DNA of 64,000 nucleotides from Octopus vulgaris (taxonomy: Eukaryota): assembly GCA_951406725.2 (NCBI GenBank), contig OX597816.1:153760001-153824000 (forward strand). Reading direction: 5' to 3'. The position numbers and the translations under genes were made by a program. Below the pieces are notes generated by a model. It was given only the letters and a program-made list of their open reading frames with translations. It did not search any database and was not told the origin of the DNA. Shown piece after piece: positions 56,915-64,000 of the stretch. The number at the start of each line of letters is the position of its first letter. Position 1 is the first letter of the stretch.

Positions 56915-57618
56915 TTGCATCTTGAGAGAAAAGTTGGGCACAAGAGGCATCAGATGTAGTGTGCAACAGAGACAACTGCACTGGTATGGTCATGTGATGC
57001 ATGTGGATGAGGACAGCTGCATAAAGAAATGCTAATCTCTAACTGTGGGGAGAACCTGTGGCAGAGGTAGACCCAAGACATGGCACGAGGTGATAAAGCA
57101 TCTTTGAACTTTGAGCCTCACAGAGGCAATGACTAGTGACCGAGACTTTTGGCGATATGCTGTGCTTGAGAAGACACATCAAGTCAAGTGAAATCATAGT
57201 TGTGGTTGATACTGGTGTCATGTAACTGGCACCCATGCTAGTGGCATGTAAAAAGCATCTTTTGAGCACTGGGCCTCACAGAGGCACAGTGGCTGATGCC
57301 GGTAGCACATGAAAAGTGCTTTTTGAGTGTTGGGCCTCATGGAAGCAATGACAAATGACCAAAACCTTGAGAAGACCCATTAAGCCAAGTATAATCGTGA
57401 CAGATACTGATGTCATGCAAATGGCACCTGTGCCAGTGACATGATAAATCACCCATTACATTGTCGGAGTGGTTGGCATGAAGAAAGGCATCCAGCAGTA
57501 GAAACCATGCTAAATCAGACTGGAGTCTGGTGCAACCTCCCAACTTGCCAGCCCTGGTCAAATCGTCCAACCTATGCCAGCATGGACAATGGGCATTAAA
57601 TGATGATGATGATAATGA
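56915..57618 (+). mobile_element. RTE LINE 3' end with UTR and (GAT)n tail
   Basis: LREKLGTRGIRCSVQQRQLHWYGHVMH, GRGRP; tail ttaaatgatgatgatgat. Confidence 0.88.
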
Positions 57619-58220
57619 TACTCCACAAAAAGTATCAAAGAATCCTTCGTAAAAGCACATTTATATATACTGACAGAGTAGATAACTGCCCTATGAGTGA
57701 CGCAAAGCTAGAACACTGGACTGCACAGTTTCAACCTAATGGGAACTGTCAACAGTCTACCTCTATTGCTATAAGTGGTTTACATGTGCTTGTAGCACAT
57801 ATAGTCACAGTTAATTAGTTACTTAGTTAGTTAGGGAGCAAAGGGGAGAGGAAGGAAGGAAGGTAGGGTGGGAGGAAGGGTGCTTGGGTGGGTGAGTGGA
57901 CAAACAGGTTTAACATTTGGCATTTCTTTTACATGTATCTACAAATGGCTTTGCTGCTCAACTTCCCTCTCATCATTCCATTTGCATACTGAAAATTTCT
58001 CATACAGTTAGTGGAGATTACTGGCCTCGTTTCACAAGTGTACAGCATCACACTTTGTGTTACTCATGTTCCATGTTATATTACTGTTTATGGAGAGTGA
58101 AAGAGAGAAAAAACTTTGATGCAAACAGAGGAATGATTGCCCAGAGTGAAGTAGATAAATAAAGAGATAAATTTATATTGGGGGAAAGAAATTGAAATAA
58201 TAAAAAGTATATACACAGAC

Positions 58221-59170
58221 CTTTTTCATTTTGGATTCTACTTTGGAAACTTTCATGCAACCTTTATTGATGTGCTCAGTAAATTTCTGAGTGTCTTTGG
58301 TCTGTTGTAAAGCTGCTATGTTGGATTCAGACCCTGCACCTTTCTCCTTGCTTGATCGGCTAGTTAGTGCTAAGTTCACTGATGCCAAAGGGGCAGAAAC
58401 AATTTTATCTGATGACAAATAGTCAGCAGAGTAACCCCCACCTTCAATGTTTGCTTGACCAGACTGACTACCACTCACTGTCAGAGGAGAAGAGAGGCCA
58501 GAACTAGCAAACTGATCAGGATTAGTGGTATTTGTAGCATTTGACATGGTTGCCTGGGGTTTATTCTTTTGTTGCTGTTGATGATGTTGTACTTGCTGAT
58601 GATGATGATGTTGTTGCTGTTGTTGTTGTTGTTGTTGTGAGGAAGCCAAATTTGAAAGAGAAATTGCACTGCCTGGAGGCAGTTGAGTCTGTGAGGCTGA
58701 CACAGCTTGTTCTTGTTGCTGCTGTTGTTGATTATGTAGATGTTGTTGCTGTTGTTGCTGCTGCTGTTGTTGTATATGTTGCTGCTGTTGTAGATGATGT
58801 TGTTGCTGTTGAGGATGGTGGTGTTGCAATTGTTGAGAGTGGTGGTGTTGTTGTTGCTGCAGTTGTTGAGAATGTTGTTGTTGCTGTTGTAAATAAGCTG
58901 ACTGGATGTGTTGTTGGGGTTGTGATGATTGTTGAGGTTGTTGCTGCTGTTGTTGTTGTGGTTGCTGCTGTATAAATACACATTGGTTAACACTTGATGA
59001 ACTGGTCGATGGAGCTGATTGTTGGGGAGCAGTTGGAAGGGATTTCGACATTTGTCCTTGATTGTATGAGTGTTGAGAGTCGAACTGGTGCACTGACATA
59101 GTCGCAGTGCCATGTGGTAATGGTTGCATTGGAGACACAGCATTTGCTGCAGGTGATGTCTGTGGTAGAT
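58221..59170 (-). CDS. AAK1: AAK1/BMP2K-like kinase, 950-bp Q/H/P-rich exon (QPA-like domain)
   Basis: Open frame within ORF 58173..59225. Acceptor tttacAG at 59171-59172, donor AAG/GTctgt at 58220. Phase 1->0 matches both neighbouring exons. A poly-Q region after the kinase domain is characteristic of NAK kinases. Confidence 0.88.
58570..58970 (-). repeat. Imperfect (CAA/CAG/CAT)n coding trinucleotide repeat encoding poly-Gln/His
   Basis: Plus strand reads (TGT/TGC/TGA)n; translation gives runs such as QQQQQQQQQQHLHNQQQQQQ and QQQQQQQQQHHHHQQ. Confidence 0.9.
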
Positions 59171-59734
59171 CTGTAAATAAATAATAAATAAATAAATAAC
59201 TACTAAATTTCAAAACTGACAACAATACACCAATACACTATGGTTGCTATCCACACTATCAGTAAAATTAGATTTTCATTCATTCACTAGGGCAAGTTCA
59301 AGAGGATATTCCTTCAGGACAAATTCCTTCATGAATCTACCCAGCAACATTTATTTGATTTTGGGTTTTACTTGCCATGCTTTAAAACAAGGATGATTTT
59401 TAAGCACCTAAATGAAATTAGACTCAGAATGCAAGCAATATGGTCCCACCTTCTTATAGTTCTGATAATCCACCATGCTGTATTAATACTTTTTTAGAGA
59501 ACCCAAAAGGATAAAAGTTATTCTTGATGGGATTTGACCTTAGAACACAGGGAGTCAAAACAAATATAAGACATTCAATCCAATACCCCAACAACTCTGC
59601 TGATTCACCACCTGATATTTAAATAATGTATCCCAAAATTTAACAAATAATTATCCTGGTTAAGAATGTGAACGCTTTCTGAGAAATAAAATAAAAATAG
59701 AAATTCCAAGTTGAAATCAAATTTCTTAGGGTAT

Positions 59735-60190
59735 TATTGTCATTGTTTTACATCCACAATCCATGCTGGCATGAGCTGGACAGGTCTACTTATTTCACGG
59801 GGAGTCTTCCCCTACACAACATACTGTCAGTTAATATGGTCCTTTGCTATCTCATTCACAAGGTGTAACAACTTCAGCCCTGTCTTCACTACTTTCTCTT
59901 AAGTCTTCCTAAGTCTCCCTCTTCCACAGGTTCCAATTACTTCAAACATACAGCTCATCTTTATACAACTATCCTCCTCCTCTATACACATCACATATCC
60001 ATAACAAAAGTCTTCTCTCTTATGCACTACAACTGATTCCTCTTGTTCAGTTTTTCTCTCAGCTCATCTGTGTTCTATTGTTCATGCACACTAGTATTAC
60101 ATATCCAGTAGAACATGCCCACTTCATTTCTTTCTAGCCTTTCTAGATCCTTTATGTTCAAGCCCCATGTCTCAATACCATGTAGTGATT
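59735..60190 (-). mobile_element. Decayed RTE 3' fragment
   Basis: Reverse complement resembles 25070-25420 (LHG.ETW ... LREKL ... tail). Confidence 0.6.
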
Positions 60191-61579
60191 ACACTTCACA
60201 CACACACACACACAAATATCTGGATCATTTGTTATTCACAAGGGTCACCTTTCCCATATTTAATCTAACTTATAACATTCAGAATTTTCTTTGGTCTATC
60301 TCTACCACTAGTGTGGTGCTCCAATATGAGCAGCCAAATCTTCCAAATACAAACCCTGTTATCTTTAAAAAAAATAAACACTGAATAATGTAGTTATTAC
60401 AGATTGTCAGAAACAAAATGATGGGCTCATGATGGTTAGAAAACTTAGGCCTGCTCTTACAGTAGTGACTTGGAGCTATGCAACAACAAGGCTATTTTTC
60501 ATCAAAGCTGTCTATATCAATGCAGTTTCTTCCCCTACATACATTAACTAATCAAGCCAATGAGAGAGTTGCTAGGTAGTTAGTCCTCCTGATATAAACA
60601 ACCAAATCTTAAAAACAGGGACATGTAAGATAATACTGTCCTGGCACCACTGTGCCAAAGCAAAAGACAGCTACAGTTGGATGACCATAATCAAACAGAC
60701 TGGTCTGCTCAAATGGAGTTGATCTAATGCTCAATAGCAATGATATGAACCAATATTTACTGCTATAAATTTATTAGATTTGCATATGTCTCCTCTCAAA
60801 TGTAGATGTACTTCATATTTTTCTTTGTTTGTATTTCTACATCAGTGTGAACATTAATTGTACAGATCAGTAAATAAATATATTTTCATGTGCTTTCGAT
60901 ACTTGCATTTATATAAGTGAACACTTTGCACAAAATATATCATCAAAGCATAATTTTAATTCATTTATAACAAGAGTAAATGAAAGGTGAACATCTTGGT
61001 TTTTTCCCATGAACATTCATTCATAATAAACATAACATGAAGAAATACAAAATGGTTTAGTTTGTAGTAAAGATGTCATAAGCAGATTGTCCCTAAGTAG
61101 GCCTTTGCACATTTAGCCTACATTTAACACTAACTGACAGTAAAATTATAAGCTTTTTTTTTTTTTTAATGAAAGTGTATCTCACCAATAAGGTTGAACA
61201 CATAGTCAAGTAGTCAAATATCAAAAAGAATTTGGGGAAAGACAAAGAAAAAGCAAGATGAAAAAAGAAAAACACAAGACACTGGTCTATGCTGACTTAA
61301 CTGGGAACTTGAAACACAGCAATATGGTTATTCATTCAGAAACAAGGTTAATACTACAGTTAATATAATCATTCTTAATTCATCACAGGTATACATTTCA
61401 TTACAAATGCAATAAAATGTAGATGTAGTTACTCCAATACACAGATATACACAATTCTTTGCCTTTTTCACAAACAAGTCTTTGCCTTTGCAGTTTTGTA
61501 CATATGCATTCAAACAAACTGACATCCTAATACAAACACACAAACATGTAAGTGGAAATCATTGGAGTGGAAAACTCAC

Positions 61580-61743
61580 CACCTTGTGGAGTGGTAAGCT
61601 GATTGCTATTCCCAGGACGTTTTCTTGAAGATACAGATGTGTGAACAGGCAGACCAAGTCCCCGAGACTGTGGCATAGCTTGCCCTTTTGGCCGTTGCCG
61701 AGGTGTAACTGACGTTGTTTCAATTGTAGGGGTTGTAACAGTT
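61580..61743 (-). CDS. AAK1: AAK1/BMP2K-like kinase, post-kinase exon (TVTTPTIETTSVTPRQRPKGQAMPQSRGLGLPVHTSVSSRKRPGNSNQLTTPQG)
   Basis: Manual translation. Acceptor ttttctttcAG, donor GTgagt, phase 2->1. The ETTSVTPRQRPKG...RKR motif resembles the TETSIAPRQRPKA...TPRKR segment of vertebrate AAK1/BMP2K. Confidence 0.85.
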
Positions 61744-62681
61744 CTGAAAGAAAATAGGTATATGCCTGATTAAGAAACTGTCATGCTTCGTCTCATATTT
61801 CTTATTAACATCTCTGGTGTTATCACAATCATCACCATTATCATCATCATCACCATCAGCAACACCAGTAGCACAATCAACATCACAATAATCATCATGC
61901 AACTCTTCACAATTTTCATCTGTCAAGATATCAATAAGCTTACTGAAATACTGCCTTCCATTTTTAGTTAAACCTATTCAGTTAGTTTGAAAACTATTTT
62001 TCTTCTTTTCTAAACTACAGGCATGCATATTTTCACAAACCCATCTGAGTCGGTTACGGAAAGGCATCAACAAAAAATAAACACAGATGCAGGTAAGGCT
62101 GTATCATTAAGAAGTTCACTTTGCAACAAGACCCCAGGTGCGATCTCATGTCAAAGCATTTGAAGCAAGTGCTTTCTACAAGAGATTTAAATTGACCTGT
62201 GCCTTTTGAGAGAAATTTGGTACACAGAAATAGTGTAGAAACCTGTCATGTATATATATCAAGATCATAATTTTAGTTAACTTTCCATGCTACCACAAGT
62301 TAGATGATTTGACAGGATCCAAAGTGTTGGATAATCACAGTTGTGCTCCAGTTTCATAGCTTTGGCATGGTTTCTAGAGCTGGATGCCTTTCTTAACATC
62401 AACTACTTTACAGAGTGTACTGGATGCTTTTACCATGGCACCAGCATTGTGTGTGTGTGTGTGCACGTGCATCATTCACTGACATATATGGAAAATGTAA
62501 ACATCAGAGAAGAAACCAAAAACCTGATGCTTTTTCATTAAAATCCAGTGTGATATTTGTTCCAGCAAGTTAGATAATCCTTTGTTACTACCAACCACAG
62601 AAATGTCATGAACCAGTGAATAACCCATTTGAAGCCTGTAGTCAATAACACTACTGTTCACCAATTCTGATAATTTTATTT

Positions 62682-62883
62682 TTAATCCTTGTCAAATGTA
62701 ATGCTTATTTTTTCGCATTGTTTTGAATTAATCATGCATTATCTCCGAAATTTTGATGATATAATTGTATATTTTTAGAATGACACTGCAGGGTAGATGT
62801 GAGAAACCAGATCTGGCTGGTTTGAGCGTAAACAGGTAGAATATTTGGGTCAGATATGGCTGGTTTAAATGTTAAAAGGTTAA
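62682..62883. mobile_element. Non-autonomous TTAA-flanked element (piggyBac-like MITE)
   Basis: Begins TTAAtcctt and ends aaaaggTTAA (degenerate CCCTT termini); no coding capacity. Confidence 0.5.
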
Positions 62884-64000
62884 ATAATTCCATGATTCTT
62901 TGTTTTTGTTTTTCACTTCAAGTTTGCCATGTCTATCTGCATTGTACTATATTTAAAGAAATCTAAAGAAAGATTTACTTTCAACCTTGATCTACTCATC
63001 ATTAAAAAGAAAATATAAAAAAAAATTATTTGCTGAATCAATAATTTTTACATTTTCTTTTTTGTCGTGAAAGAGTCCCTATTTTAGTCCTTATGATCTT
63101 GTCAGGTCCTTCAAGACAGGTGATATTGATACAGTTCATGTCACTTCCAAGATGTGTAAGTCAATGTCTGCAGAATAATGTAGAGAGATGGGGAATTATA
63201 GATACTTAATGGTCTGGGGAAGAAGAATTAAAAGAAATAGTGAAGGGGTTGGAGAGATGATCCACAGTAAAAGTGCAACAGATGAGATAGTATGTTAGAT
63301 GGGAAGAGTATTAACTACATCAGAAGAGATGTGCCCATAGTAGTAGCAATAAAATAAATCAAAGAATAAAGGCTGTAAGAAAGTTATACTTGGATTCCTT
63401 AAAAATGACCTGAATGCATAACCAAAAAATAAGTACTTTCAATATCAGAATAACATGAAAAAGATTTCACAAATTTCACAATCAAATCTTTAGCTTGATC
63501 TAACATCAAAGATGTAGAATCAGAACAAATGACACTATGAAAACTGATGGGTAAAAATTTGGAGAAAAGAATAAAAGTGGGATTTCAAAATTGATAGTGG
63601 TTTAATTACTAAACATGGAAGTGAGTATTGTAAGAGAGCAGTATTAGTTACACCCGAGCATCAACTCATGGAGAAATGGGATCAGTAATCTTCTAGATGA
63701 GGGTGTCATCTCCTTTAAGAAATAATGATTCCTAGTTCAAATGCAATACACTATTATGTATTCATTCAGAAATAATCAGATTAAACCATGAATCAACTTT
63801 CACTTGTTTCCAAACAAGGTAATATTTTCCCCACAGTCCAAACATATTTTCATAAAAGACTGCAAAGAGTAACACTTGCATGATGGTGATGTTTGTTTCC
63901 TATCATACACTTACGCAGGGAGACACACACAATGTATCTCTCTTTATAGTTTCTGCCTATCCAATTCAATAACAACACTTGGTTGGTCTGTGGTTAGAGT

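Noticed and set aside
58481-59143. Overlapping poly-Asn ORF (220 aa), poly-Thr ORF and antisense poly-Val ORF
   Set aside because: Alternative frames of the CAA repeat; only the Gln frame fits the splice phases of the flanking exons.
61720-61971. Asp-rich and Ile-rich ORFs next to the first exon
   Set aside because: Degenerate (CAT)n microsatellite in the intron.
63080-63190. Acceptor-like ttctgcAG as a possible further AAK1 exon
   Set aside because: Stops in all three frames and no NAK-like residues; more like decayed LINE sequence.

Overview
AT-rich, repeat-dense eukaryotic genomic DNA. The SINE, RTE and Penelope repertoire and the (TA)n/(GAT)n microsatellites suggest an octopus or other coleoid cephalopod (inference). 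The window holds the 3' half of one large minus-strand gene, an AAK1/BMP2K (Numb-associated kinase family) homologue. Six confidently spliced coding exons lie at 61580-61743, 58221-59170 (poly-Q), 55225-55349, 51797-51898, 40360-40496 and 37950-38039. A probable seventh exon lies at 18673-18774, followed by several candidate short terminal exons. The kinase-domain exons must lie beyond position 64000. The introns contain a decayed Penelope-like element (RT + GIY-YIG), two mariner relics, many RTE LINE fragments, tRNA-derived SINEs (some in tandem arrays), a TTAA-flanked MITE and a ~2.2 kb compound microsatellite. The most unusual signal is a set of unrelated, mostly fold-back elements, each carrying a degenerate minimal hammerhead ribozyme with a palindromic stem III. 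One is a tRNA-headed (Pol III) SINE ending in a hammerhead and arranged head-to-head. All ribozyme calls are manual folds and are untested. Almost all ORFs in the supplied track are spurious (microsatellite or decayed TE).
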